A DNA stretch of 63,455 bases, filler included, from Nemertoderma westbladi (lineage: Eukaryota; Animalia; Xenacoelomorpha): NCBI GenBank assembly GCA_032718475.1. It is 3 parts of 3 records of this genome, joined end to end, with 100 filler letters (N's around TTAATTAATTAA, not from the genome) between each part and the next. Parts side by side here need not be neighbours in the genome. Positions count along the whole stretch, not along the records: positions 51,194 to 63,455 come from JAUCBJ010002646.1; 2 more parts are not named here. The stretch is one strand, 5' to 3'. Below are positions 51,194 to 63,455 of the stretch, piece after piece. Positions within the stretch are counted from its first letter, which is position 1. Each line of letters opens with the position of its first letter. The notes under the pieces are model-generated. The model did not search any database, was not told where the DNA came from, and was given only the letters and a program-made list of their open reading frames with translations. The position numbers and the translations under genes were made by a program.

Positions 51194-51454
51194 AAAACTG
51201 AATATCTAATTTAACATGGTGCAACAAAATAAATGTATATCGTTTTTATTGTCAACTATACAGTACCGGTGATGTAATAATGTTCAATACCCGTTTTATA
51301 ACATTTAATTTAAATTTACTATTCTATGTTGCAGTGCCTCATTGTGGTTCATTTTATATCTGATGATTTTAATTGAAGTTAATTAAAGAGTGTATGAAAC
51401 TGAAACTGAAACTACGGTACCGGTACGGCGGTACCGTATGTTTGTTGTGAAAAA

Positions 51455-54010
51455 AAACTATCTGCAGATCTGAGCGTTCGCTTTCTATAACCATTTTAAA
51501 AATGTTACTTTTTCCGAGAATTTCTTATATAGGAAATATTTTTTGGACTTCCTATTTAGGAGTTTAACGTATTTCCTATTTAAAAAATGTTATGTACCGG
51601 TATATATTTTTCTTAAATAAGAAAATATATTTCCAGTAGTTCATTCCAGATACTGAGCTGAGAGGGCTGGGCCTGGGATACTGTTAGACTTTTACCCCGT
51701 CACCCTGTCTAGGCTATATGGTTTGCAGTTTCAGATAATACAGTAGGCCTAATATCTGAATATAGAACTACATCCCTCCTACACAGAGGGATATTTTTTA
51801 CAATAATTATTACAGTACCGGTAATAATTATTGATTAATAATATTTTTAAAATAATTAATACCGGTAATTATTAATGCATATTATTACTGTATTATTTTT
51901 ATAATTATTATGACACAAGCCTAACTTGAGGGGAGACAGACAGACAGCAAACTGAAAGGACGTGCAATCAGATATTTGAATTTCCCTCGCCCTTTGTTTT
52001 TTTACCGTTTACCGGTAATACATTTTGTATATGCAAATATTTTAGTTTGGTGGTGGGTTTCTCATATTATTGAATAATAATAAATTAATCACGTCCAGTG
52101 AAAAAAAAAATTTTTTTATAATAATTAATGATTATTTATAAATCAATAATATTTTTGTAATAATTAGCCTAACAGATTAAATTACTCATGCAATACTATT
52201 TTTACAATAGGCCTAATTAATATATAATTATTTTGCAATAATAATTTAAAATAATTACCGGTATTAACTACCGGTATTGAGTAGGCCTATTGATATTGAT
52301 GCAATATTATTTTTACAATACTGCAATAATATTTTTAAAATAATTTATAAATTATTAATGCAATATTATTTTTATAATAATTAATGCAATGTTACTTTAT
52401 TTTATAATAATTAGGCCTAATGATTATTTATGCATCAAGCAATAATATTTTTGTAATAATTAACAGATAACAGATTAATAATTATTCATGCAATATTATT
52501 TTTACAATACCAGTCTGCCAGTAGGCTTAATTAATATTATTAATTATTAACTAACTAATACTATTAACTATTGAAGCAATATTATTTTTACAATAATGAA
52601 TACCGGTAATTATTTATGTAATAAATATTTTTTTAATAATTAATAATTTTTTATGCAATCATATTTTTACAATAATTAATAATTATTGATGGAAAAATAT
52701 TTTTACAATAATATAGTATAAATCAGATAATAGAAACAATGACTGCAAATATATTTCCCCCTTGACATACGGTATATCTGTATATCATAGGCCTATATCG
52801 GTATATATCATTAGTTTCTTGTAGGCTTTTATCACACACCCTAACTTATTCATTATTTGCCTTCCTTAAATCTTCAAAAATTTACATTTATTTGCGTCAG
52901 CATATTGACTTCTAAACATGGCCAATTTCTTCATCCAACATCCAAGACCTAGTAGAGAGAGAGCGACATTTCACTTTTTGAATGTAGTAAAATACTAACA
53001 AATTGCAAAATGATATACCAATATAGTAAATAAGTTAGTGTTATTGCTGTAGGCCTACTCGTGTTCGTGTAGGGCCTACTTTCTGACTGTACTGTACTGA
53101 TATGTCTGTACTGCTGTATGAAGTGCTGTATTGTCTACGCCTACGGTGCTGTATTATCTACGCCTACGGTACAGTAGTAGGCCTACTGCAGTCCTGTATA
53201 TAGGCCTATTAAATATTATATTCGTAATCGTAATATTTTGTTGTCATTCCGGTATTCTTGTTTGTCATCATGAAACCTTGGGCTGTAGGGGAAGGGTTCA
53301 TTGGATTATTTGGAACAAAGTTCGCATCCTATTGGAACAAAAGTTCGTAATTATTGGAACAAAGTTCACAACTAACTATTGGAACAAAGTTCGCAACCCA
53401 TTCTGCCATTTGAATAAAGTTCACAAAAGTAGGTTTTGGAACAAATTACAGACCATAGGCCCTACACATATGTCTAAGTCAATAAGGCTGTAAGGCCTCC
53501 TATACAGCTATAGTCCTATACAATTAAATTTACAGTAATTATCGCACTCCAGCACTCTAAATTATTAACATTGTCTTGTTTAGTGTTTAATGTAAATAGG
53601 GCGTGAGGAAGCAAATGCTTTTAAAGCCCGTACACACCGGTACACACAATAAATAAAATTAACAGAGACATATGTAAAATATATATATGAAATTGAACTA
53701 TACTGCTATACCGGCTGACCGGTACACATAAATAAAATATTGACTGGGTTAAAACACGTAAAACTGAACGTACCGGTAATCGTTCAAATTGAACTGGCAA
53801 GTCATAATTTTTCATAATTAAGAAAAATCAAGACATAAAATACTTTCAATAAGAAATAAAGTTAAACTCCTAAATAGGAAGTCCAAAAAATATTTCCTAT
53901 AGGCCTATATGATATAAGAAATTCTCGGAAAAAGTAAGGTTTTTAAAATGGTTATAGAATATAGGCCTACTGGAATAGACGGATAGAAAGCGAACGCACA
54001 GATAGTTTTT
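51455..54010. mobile_element. Foldback/long-TIR non-autonomous element with AT-rich internal repeats
   Basis: 51455-51570 is the reverse complement of 53860-54010 (GCGTTCGCTTTCTAT...CCTATTTAGGAGTTTAAC); internal AATAATATTTTT-type repeats at 51800-52720. Confidence 0.7.
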
Positions 54011-54036
54011 GTTCCAGTCCTACTACAGTACTAATT

Positions 54037-54155
54037 ACCCAACTTTCAGACTTTACCCAAATCTACCCAACTTTACCCAAACTTAGCCAACTTTACCCCA
54101 CTTTACCCAATACCACACCACCCAACTTTACCCAATCGAATACCGGTACCCAACT
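54037..54155 (+). repeat. (CTTTACCCAA)n-type short tandem repeat
   Basis: About 10 degenerate units visible. Confidence 0.85.
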
Positions 54156-55984
54156 ACCTATCTGCCAACCAGTGATGCAATACGGTACAGCAGAAGGCTG
54201 GCTTACTTCAGTACTTACTTACTACGGTACCGGGCCAGTAGGCCTACTGTCTGACAGTTGTCGCGACTGGAGCTTATATAGAACGTTTGTGAATTGGGTA
54301 ACGTCATATTATCTTGCATTAATTTATTTGATAATATTATAGTGATTTAGGCATCATATTTTTATGTTAATATTGTTGATTATTTAGTTGAATTATCTCC
54401 ATAAAGTATCTTATATTGATTTATTATATTTATTTATGCTTAGGTTAAATGTATTTTATAGAGAGTGTGATTAGGGAATATTTGATTTAATGTTTGGTGA
54501 GTTTCTAGTGGTATTTGGCAGTAATATTATTGCTTGGTGGGATAAATATTTCTCCATTTGACGCAACACCGCCGCGGCCGCTATGAGGGAGGTGAATACC
54601 GCGGCCGCTCCTAAAGCCGCAGGCCATCGCTAACTATATAGGTTAACTTGGGATTCTGGGGGACTTTTCGATGAAGGAACTGACCAAATTTTTTTATTTT
54701 CTCACCAGGGGAGCGGCTCGGAATTCTAAGATATTAGCAACTCTAACATTATTAAATCTAACCCTTCGACGGACACGGCGGACAAAAAACCGTCATTTTT
54801 TCGACAATTTTAAAATTTTTTTGAAAGGCGCTCTACAGTGGCTCGAAAAAACCCTAGGTTATTGCTTACCCGACGCCGGGATACGATAGAAGGGATTAAT
54901 TAGTGAATTCGTTTTTTTTTTCAAAAAAGATTACCACGCCTTTTTTCCGAAAATGTCCGTCAAAGTTGAAAAAACGGACAAAATGACTTTGCGGGATCCG
55001 CTATAACTCGGCTAATATTAATCGTACGGGGACGAAATTAACGCGGTTGGAAAGGGGAAGAGTGGTACTACCTTCGTATCGAATGGGGGTAAGATATTTA
55101 TTAAAATTTCGGGTGGAAAAAGGGGCTGTAAATTTGTACGTTTTTGTCCGTCTTTTTTGGAAAACTTATTTCCGAAATGTTTAATTCGACAACGCGGGTA
55201 GGAATCCACTAATTCTTTTATGAAACTCGTAGAAGACCATTGGGGCTACGTTCCTATCGAATGGGGGTACAAAAAATATGTCGGCAATAGGGGCCAAAAA
55301 GGGCCAGAATTTGTAAAGTAGTTTTTATCGAATAATTTTTTATTTTTAACTTTAGTTGGTTAAGGTACATTCTATACAGTCAATATCCATACGGGGAATT
55401 CAAATATGCTATCGGTTTTGCTCCAAGGATGATATTAAAAAAATGAGGGCCAAAATTATAATTTCGCGCTTCAAACTTGCTTCGCGGGAAATCGTCTAGC
55501 TCGAAAACTACTTAACTTACGGGAGATTTGTTTACACAGACTTATAGTGCGTTAAATTATCTATCTAACAGCGTTAATCACAGCGCCGGAGGTATTATAA
55601 AACTGGAGCGGCAGGCGATCGTGTGAAATATAATATTTATAAAAAGGGATGAAAAATTTTTTTTTTAACAAATCGCTATTCCATTATAATTTAGCGTATT
55701 GCGCCAAAAGTACCTGTAAAAAGTATCAAATTAACTCCGCTATCTTTTATCTTAACATATATAATTAAAATTACGAATTTTAAGGGTCGAAAAATATCGC
55801 GTTATTTTGGCCCTTTTTTTTAATTTTTTTGGGGCCAAAAATAACACCTTCTCAAAAGATTAAGAAAAAAATTACGGCAAAGAATATACCAATTTTATTG
55901 AATTTGGACCACCAGAACCGAAGTTAGAGCGATTTTAGTGAAAAAATAAAAAAATTTTTTTTGCAAAAAAATTAAGAATGGTCA

Positions 55985-56057
55985 GGTCAATATTGGATTT
56001 CGAACCCGCGAACTTAGGTTTCATTAACGTGATTGATAACCACTAGACTATGTGACC
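55985..56057 (-). pseudogene. Degenerate tRNA-like sequence (tRNA pseudogene or SINE head)
   Basis: 73 nt; A box TAGTCTAGTGG, B box GGTTCGAAATCC, GGTCA/TGACC end pairing; anticodon and T arms do not pair. Confidence 0.45.
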
Positions 56058-57419
56058 AAGAGAATTTGAAATTTTCGAGTGACTATTTTTAAACATAAAT
56101 AACTTCGGTTCTACAGGGCCGTTTAATCTGAAACTTTTTTCATTGGGTAGAGGATAGATTGTAGTGTGTGAAATAGGATAAAACTTGGGAAAAGACGCAT
56201 GTGCACTTAGTGCAAAATGCACTTAAATAGTGAACATTTTTTCGATATTTCAAACACTATTATTTCCAGTTCTATTCATCGTAGAATGTTATTTTTTGGA
56301 TTAAAATGTAGTTTGGAATGATTTCTAACTATAATCGTAACATTTGTTTAACTTTTTATGTCTATAAAGTGACTTAAAATGTCCATGAATATGGTCCAAA
56401 ATCGCAAATCCAGATTTATTAAATTGGATTTTTGACACTTTAAGCGACTGACACTTGAACATACACCATCGTAGATCGGTAGAGGATAAACATAAGTTTG
56501 TTAAATAAGAGCCACCATTACGATCTGCTAAAGTGCATTTGTACAAATAAGTGTGCAAAAGTGCAAATTTTTTAATAAGGTCAAATTATATAGTATTGGG
56601 TTATTTTCTTTGCAGATACTTTATTTTCATATTAATATGTTGTTTGAACCTTACTGAGCGCATTAGGGGATATGCGTACAAATAACCGGCCCTTATGAGG
56701 CTTCGATTGGGTAAATTAATAAAACATAAGGTTGTATAGTATAATATTCTAAAAACCAGTGTGATATTAAATGCACTTTAAATAATAAATAGAAATCAAA
56801 TAACAATTGGACCACACAATTAAAAACTCGCACAATTTTGTACTTATTATATCGCTTCAAATTAATTCAACAGTGGATATTTGGGGGAAGGGGGAAGTTA
56901 CAGTGTGCATTCGGGGGAAGTTTGGTGAACTGCATTTATGCAGTGAATCCAAACTTCCCCCTTTGATATATCATATACTTAAGACATGCTAGGGTGACGG
57001 GGAAATATTTGTTACTGTCACACTTTGCTTCCATTTATCCTATCCTTTATTATTACCCCAGTCAGATAAGAGATAATAAATCAGTAAAAACTAAACTAAA
57101 CTGTCTTTCATGCAAACAAATTTCTAACTAAAGACGGGTGAATGACCATGACCATGGAAATAATTTTAAATATAATTGTATATCAACTATTTGGGGAGGC
57201 TTCCAAGTTAAACCCGAAAACAATTATTTTGTTACATAGTAAATAACGTTGTATGTTCTTCTTCCTCTCATAATAAAATATAAATGAAATATCTCAGATC
57301 GCTATGCCCTGTAACATTTCACAACCAAAATATTTAAGTGTGAAAGGTGTAGGCCTACCACACTCCGCCCAAACAACCGCAAACGCATAGCCAACAAATT
57401 TAACAAAAGGTTACATACA

Positions 57420-60400
57420 TGTTGGGTTCATGACGAGATGAGTGAAAATTGATCGCGTAATATAAAGTAAAAAATTAAGAGACGGGCTGGCTCTCCTCCA
57501 CTTTCTTACCCAATGGATATGTTGTTGTAATAATCTAATATTGGGGCGGCTTTCTCTCGGTGTAGGCTTACTTGCCTTTGTAATTTTGCGTTGGTTGAGT
57601 ATAGATTATTTTGTGTTGTAGTTACATTGAATTTAATCATTATTATCCTCTGTTGGTTGTAAGAGTAATCTGGGGGCCAATATTTTCCTTCTGGGAGTGA
57701 GATAGAGAGTGAGCGGGTTCATTGGAGTGCCTTTGTGGTGTGTTTGCTTCGCTTGTTATTGTATCTATAGTTCTTTATGTGGAGATGCACTCAGTTGTGT
57801 TACTCTATTTGTCGTAAAGGTCAAACTGGTTATAGCCAGCCCGAATGTTTGTAGGATTAACACTGCAGTTTATTGCTCGGTTATTAATTAACACATTTTT
57901 TCAGTAGATAATATTGGGTTGGATTTGTTGTATATAAACCGATATTCTGGGTTTCATTTCTTCATTAGCCTGCGGAACCCCAGCCAAGCAGAAGGATGTT
58001 TATTATTTTTATTATTTTAGCAAACTACATCTAAATTGTATATTATTGGTCTAAGAATTTTGTATTAAAAACATTTTATTTTGTGCGTGGATAAGCCCCC
58101 CCCCCCCCCCCCTCTCCCTCCCCCGAACATAGTTTGGGCAATTTATATTGCGGTTGATTATGCGTTTATTATTATGCCTTAATTATTTATATTATATTCA
58201 CTATATTGTCATAATATTTTTACTGATTGTAACATCGTATTGTAAACCATGATAACCTTAAGTACGTAAATATATACAGAACTTTATATGATTGTTTTTA
58301 TAACCTTATGTTTTTATAACTTTATTTTATTGCCACACCTTATTTATTTTATCTACATCCCTACCACTCTGTCAGACACTGTCAGCTAACGGCCATACCT
58401 TTGTTGTCGGCCGATCTCGCTGGCGCCTCTGTAGTCTCCCACGTCCCCATCCTAACCAAAGTGTGGCTCTATAAACCTTACCCTTCCCCCCAACCCCCAC
58501 AAAGAATCCTCTTAGTTCACACCCCGCGATGTCGCGGGTTGTCGGCGTGTTTTAGCACGCACATGGTCCTTCGAACTGGATCTTAGTGTGGGGTTATGGT
58601 TTAAGATTGGTGAGTGACTGTTTCTTGTGTAGTGTGTGCCATGGATAATAGTGAAGAGGTGTCGTCCCCTGATAATTCTGGGCCAACTCTTGCGCAGAGG
58701 GTAGCGAGTACGTGTGTACCGGCAGGTGGGCAGAGTGAGGCCCATGGATAGGTTTAAGGTGGAATTGGAGAAGTTGGAGAAAGTTGAGGATGAGGTGCGG
58801 GCATTCATCGCTGGAGGGGGAGGTGTAGATGCGGTAGCTGGTGCAGATAGTTTGAGCCGGTTGTTGGGACAGGCAGGATCTCGGGTGAAAGCGGCGTATT
58901 TGAGTGGGGATATTACACCTGGAGAACGAGGATGGATTGCGGGCACATATGAGGAGGCTAGAAGGAGAATTGTGGCACACAAGGATACCTTGGGATGTGT
59001 TAGTGTATGGAGAGTAACAGGAAAATGTAGTGGGACTCTGTCTATATACAGTAAGGAGAGTGGTAGGTCGGTCCATATGGGCAAAGTGGTGAAAGGACGT
59101 TTACGGGCTTCGGGATATAGTGGTATGTCTGAGGCGAGAAGGCTAGAGGGGGAAGCGAAGATGGCTGAGTTTCGGTTACAGAAAGAACGGGCTTGTAGAA
59201 AGAGGGAGGTTGAACGGATAGAAGTAAACAGAAAGAGGGAGGTTGAGCGGTTAGAAGTAGACAAGGAATTGCGTATGGAGAAAGAGATTGAAAGAGATTG
59301 GGAGTAGAGGCGAGAGAGGAGAGGAGAAAAGCAAGAGTAGAGGAGAGAAGGGTGCAATGGGAAGAGGTGTTAGCATGGGAACAGGCAGAGAAAGCTTATG
59401 AAGCTCGGTTGTACAAGCAAGGATTGAGATAAGATATAGAGGATGAGCAGAGGGTGAGGTTGCAAGAGTTTGAGGTGGAGCCGGTGACATCGGTTGAACA
59501 GTGCAGGGAAACAATGTCGAAAGTGTGAGGATGGTGGATGTAAGTGGCCATCAGGGCCCTGTATTTCAACAGGGGGGTGTTTGGCCGGGAGGGGAGAAAG
59601 TGGAACAGGTTCCTGTACATTCGGGTGCAAGAGTTGATATGAGGGGCCTGCAGGGTGATGCTTGGCCTGTGGAAAGCAAACAGGAACCCGTTTCAGAGCA
59701 GGGTAGTCGGGATAGAGTGGATGGAGGTTGTGCTCCACAGGGTGAGACTGGGTTGAGCGATAGACGATGGGACAGAGACAGAGGCCCCAGTCATGGGAGT
59801 CAGAGGGGGGATGAGGGAGTGAGGAGTAGACGTGTTTCTGAGGGAGGCACAGGGTCTAGGGGTGAGAGTGGGGTGAGAGGAGGCCACCCTGTAGGAACAC
59901 ATAGGGCTTTGGATGATTGGATAGATGAGTTAGTAGAAGGAGAAAAGACCATTATTCCAGACCCAGAGACTCCTGGAGGACGTGGTGTTGAGGTTGCCCT
60001 ACTGCGTTTGAGTGATGAGAGGGGTGTACCGGATATCCACCTACTGCGGTTTAGTGGTGACCCTGTAGAGTGTAGAGTAGTGTAGACTGTAGAGTTTGTT
60101 GAGCGGTTCCATGAACTTGTGCATACGAGGGTGCATTACACTGATTCTAGACGGTTAGCGATGTTGCAAGGGCAGCTGGATGGGGAGGCGAAACGTGCGG
60201 TGTCGGGTTTCAGTTGTAGTGGCCGAGCCTATGCGGTTGTTTGAAAAACCTTGAAAGAGATGTTTGCTCATCCAGCAATTATTTCACGCGTTTTCATTGG
60301 TACTGTTACGGATGGAAGACAGGTAGCAGAGTCGGATAGGCTGGGTCTGAGACAACTGTTATCAAACATTTCTCTGTGTATGTATACTTTGGATCAGATG

Positions 60401-61745
60401 AACATTGTGGCTGACTTTACACTCAGCTGAGACATTGCGTATGGTGTATCTACGGTTGCCGGCTTATCTGCAGAGAAGGTGGAGAGAGCAGTGCCTGATT
60501 ATTAGGGAAGGGGGTAATGAGCCTTCACTTATGAGTATGGAGAGTTGGTTGAGAAGGCGAGTCAAGGCATCGTTTGAACCCAGCACTATTGAATTATCTG
60601 AAGTCACGCCGGGCTATAGTAAAGAGGGGGAGAAATGTGGCGCTAGTAGTGGGAAGAAAGGTGGTGACTTCAATCGCAGGAATGCTTCAGTGTTTAAATC
60701 CAGTATGCAGATGGACAGTGCGGCTGAGAGTATCGGTACTGGTAGGCCTTCCAGTAATCAGGTATGCGGGACGTCTGAGAGTGAAAAGGGTACAGGTACG
60801 AAGGTACCGGTAGCAGAACCAAGAGTGATTGTCTGTGCTTATTGCAGTGGTACACATACAGTGTTTTGGTGTAGTGAGTACAAGGCGTTGAAGCACAAGG
60901 AAAGGTTAGCTACCATTACAGAGAAGCAGTTATGCTCAAATTGCCTAGGTCCAGGACATAAGGTGGACAAGTGTAACAGCCTGTGGAGGTTTAAGGCCGA
61001 AAAGTGTGGTAAGCAGCACAGTACATTACTGCATTGGGCATTGATTCCAGAAGTCGGGCGTATAGCTGAGCAGAGTGCAGTGAGTCAGGGTGGAGTTGCC
61101 CTGCGTGAGAGAAACGAGTTGGGAGTGTATCGGTACAGCCGGTGGGTGGATCAGAGAAGGTAGGGATGAGTCGAGCAGTATTGAGTTCGCGGCTGAGTGA
61201 CAGGGCCCGAGAGGTAGTATTATTACGAGTTGTGGTGGTGCGGATGTATGGCGTAGACAGCCGAGTTGAGGATAAATACGCAGTTTTGGATCCATGCAGT
61301 GAGTTGACTCTGGTCGAGGATGGGTTGGCAGAGTGATTGGGTTTACGTGGACCTACTGAGGAGCTGACGATTGGGTCGGTGGAACATGACGGGAGTGCTA
61401 GGCCCGCCATGTTGGTGTCATTCTCGGTTGGGGCGTGTGATGGGTCGAAGGAGATCTACCAGCTGGACGAGGCGTGGACTATCCCGAAAATTAATATGTC
61501 ATCCCTGATGTTGAGCATGGCGAGTGTGAAGGAGAGGTATCCGTATTTAGCGGATCTGCCGTTGCCTGAGGGGATCGACTATTCGAAGGTGACAGTTCTG
61601 TTGGGAGCAAGGGACCCAGCATTGGTAGAGAGCAGGGAGTCAGTGCGTGGTCCTAAGGGTCAGCCTTATGCAGTGCGTTCAGTGTTCGGGTGGTCTTATA
61701 TGGTCCAGTGATTCTGGGTGGCCAAACAGATGAGAATAGAGTGGA
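57420..61745 (+). mobile_element. BEL/Pao element 'D', 5' portion: LTR, PBS, degenerate gag-protease
   Basis: TGTTGGG (57420)...GCACA (58563) followed by PBS; FSGDP, RLPAYLQRRW, CAYC..H...C, CSNCLGPGH...C, AVLDPCSELTL, AVRSVFGW. LTR start is tentative. Confidence 0.85.
58564..58581 (+). other. Primer-binding site, tRNA-Tyr type
   Basis: TGGTCCTTCGAACTGGAT immediately after CA; near-complement of the eukaryotic tRNA-Tyr 3' end (TGGTCCTTCGAGCCGGA). Confidence 0.85.
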
Positions 61746-61789
61746 GCGAAAACGGTTAAAATGTTAAAACGGTTGAAACGTTAAAATGA

Positions 61790-62850
61790 TTTCTCATCAG
61801 TGTCCTTTCCACTTTGTTCAGCACAGTAGAAGCCGTGTATCTGCTATCGTATTAGGAAATAATATCAGCAGATATTATCCCCAAAGTCAGTAGTGTCTGT
61901 GACTGTAGTTGCCAGATATCTGCTTCTTCCGCGTTCTTGGAGCGTGAATACCAGATCTTCACCCTTTGTGTGGAGCTTCACTCACAGGTTTACTGTCAGG
62001 TGAGAGTATCTGAGCTTCTGCATCGTAATATTACAATCCAAGGCCATTGCAGATTACTTATGGTATTCCATAAGCTCTTAGCATATCCAGCATTTTACCT
62101 CTATGGGTTAAGTCAAATACTATCCGACAATCGACAAAGTTTAGAATTAGAACTGTTGGAAGGCTCTTTAACTTAATTACTTCAACCAGTCTCTGTAGCG
62201 CTTAGTATCTGTGCTATTGTTGACCTACATGTATTTGAATGAAATCCGTTATGGTTCTTACGTAGCAGGTCTCTATGTGAGGTACTGTGTAAGTGTATAA
62301 TTCTAAATAGAATAATTTTGTTGTATATGATAGCTATCAGATTTGATAGGAGACTGATCCCATGATAGTCTGTTGGTACACCGAGGTCTCCTTTCTTGTG
62401 GAGAGGCTTTAGTTGACCTTTAGTCCAAATTGGTGGTGGTTTGTCCCCTTTTAGCATCCGGTTACAAACATCCAATAATGGTCAGTTTAGCGCTCCTGTT
62501 TTCCATACTTCGACAGGGATTTCATCCAAAGCACTTGCTTTATGGTTGGACATGCTTTTTATGCTTTTTTGGAGATTGGCGGACGTGAAGACCCCTCTTT
62601 CTATTGGTAGCGTCTTGTCATATATTTTCCTTGTATGGCTGACCTCGATGTTCGGTGGCTGCCGAAGCAAGTTGCTGAAGTGATCTTTCCATTTCCCAAC
62701 ACGTTCTTCAGGTTCAGGACTATCAGCTTTGAGGCGCCCCTTAGCACAACTTTTCAGACCAGATACCTCATTTACTGATTGCCAAATAAATCTTGATTGT
62801 TTCTTTATGTGAGCAGTTGTAATTGCTTCAATTTTGTGCTGTATCAGACT
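61790..62850 (-). pseudogene. RTE LINE reverse transcriptase fragment, truncating element D
   Basis: KASALDEIPVEVWKTG, W......PLHKKGDL...DYHGISL......YNKIIL.RI, LRKNHNGF....RST..QIL. Confidence 0.85.
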
Positions 62851-63455
62851 GCATCTTAATCCATTGACTGGAGTAGGTCATGACTATCTCAATGCGGCTT
62901 TAACTTCTACTGTGTAGGAGTAAGTATTAAAGCATCTTTTACTACAGTTACAGTTTAACTAACTCATTATCAATTATGGTACATTAAGCCCTAGCTGGAG
63001 AGGTCTAATTAATAATAATAAAATACTCTTGCTGATTTCAGAGCGAAATTGGTAATTGAGTTTTGGGATATATGAGGGGGTAATTAATATTCAACAGATA
63101 TCCGGCTTTTATAGATAGTAGCTATTAAAATTTTCTCACACTAAACCAACATTATTTATTTCAACAAAGTATTTTATTAATTCAAATTATATATAATTTA
63201 TTATTGCCAATTTATACAATATAATTATTGCTTTCTTCGTTAATAATATTAAATAAACACGACTGTATACTGTAATAGTTATTATGAATCATATTTGTTA
63301 CAACTTACCATCATGTGATGGTATAGCTAACAAAAATAGGTTTAGCGAAACTAAATACGACTTTCTGTTTTTCTCGACTGCGAGTGCTGATATTTTGAAT
63401 TCGGGCGATAATAATTCGGGAATTATTACCCCGATGTGTACAGTATATCATCTAT

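Noticed and set aside
61705-61725. AGTGATTCTGGGTGGCC as a GDSGGP protease exon
   Set aside because: It lies in the BEL frame (GPVILGG) and has no protease context or splice acceptor.

Overview
AT-rich, repeat-dense eukaryotic DNA, probably from an invertebrate animal, with two 100-nt assembly spacers (N-TTAATTAATTAA-N at 31109-31208 and 51094-51193). Host-like genes are an intact intronless nucleoside hydrolase (36076-37035, -) and three exons of a trypsin-like protease (40301-42026, +). The rest is mostly nested mobile DNA: several BEL/Pao LTR retrotransposons, a Penelope-like element, RTE and CR1-group LINE fragments, an Academ-like fragment and several MITEs. Two observations stand out. 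(1) One BEL family ('B') is present as three diverged ~1.2 kb LTRs. Their 3' halves keep covarying stem-loops and a possible pseudoknot to the LTR terminus, the putative 5' LTR has no canonical tRNA PBS, and a non-env orphan ORF sits just before the PPT. (2) A second BEL element ('A') carries ~4 kb between integrase and PPT, with a decayed ~1,100-codon orphan coding region. All calls come from manual motif reading; no searches or folding were run.
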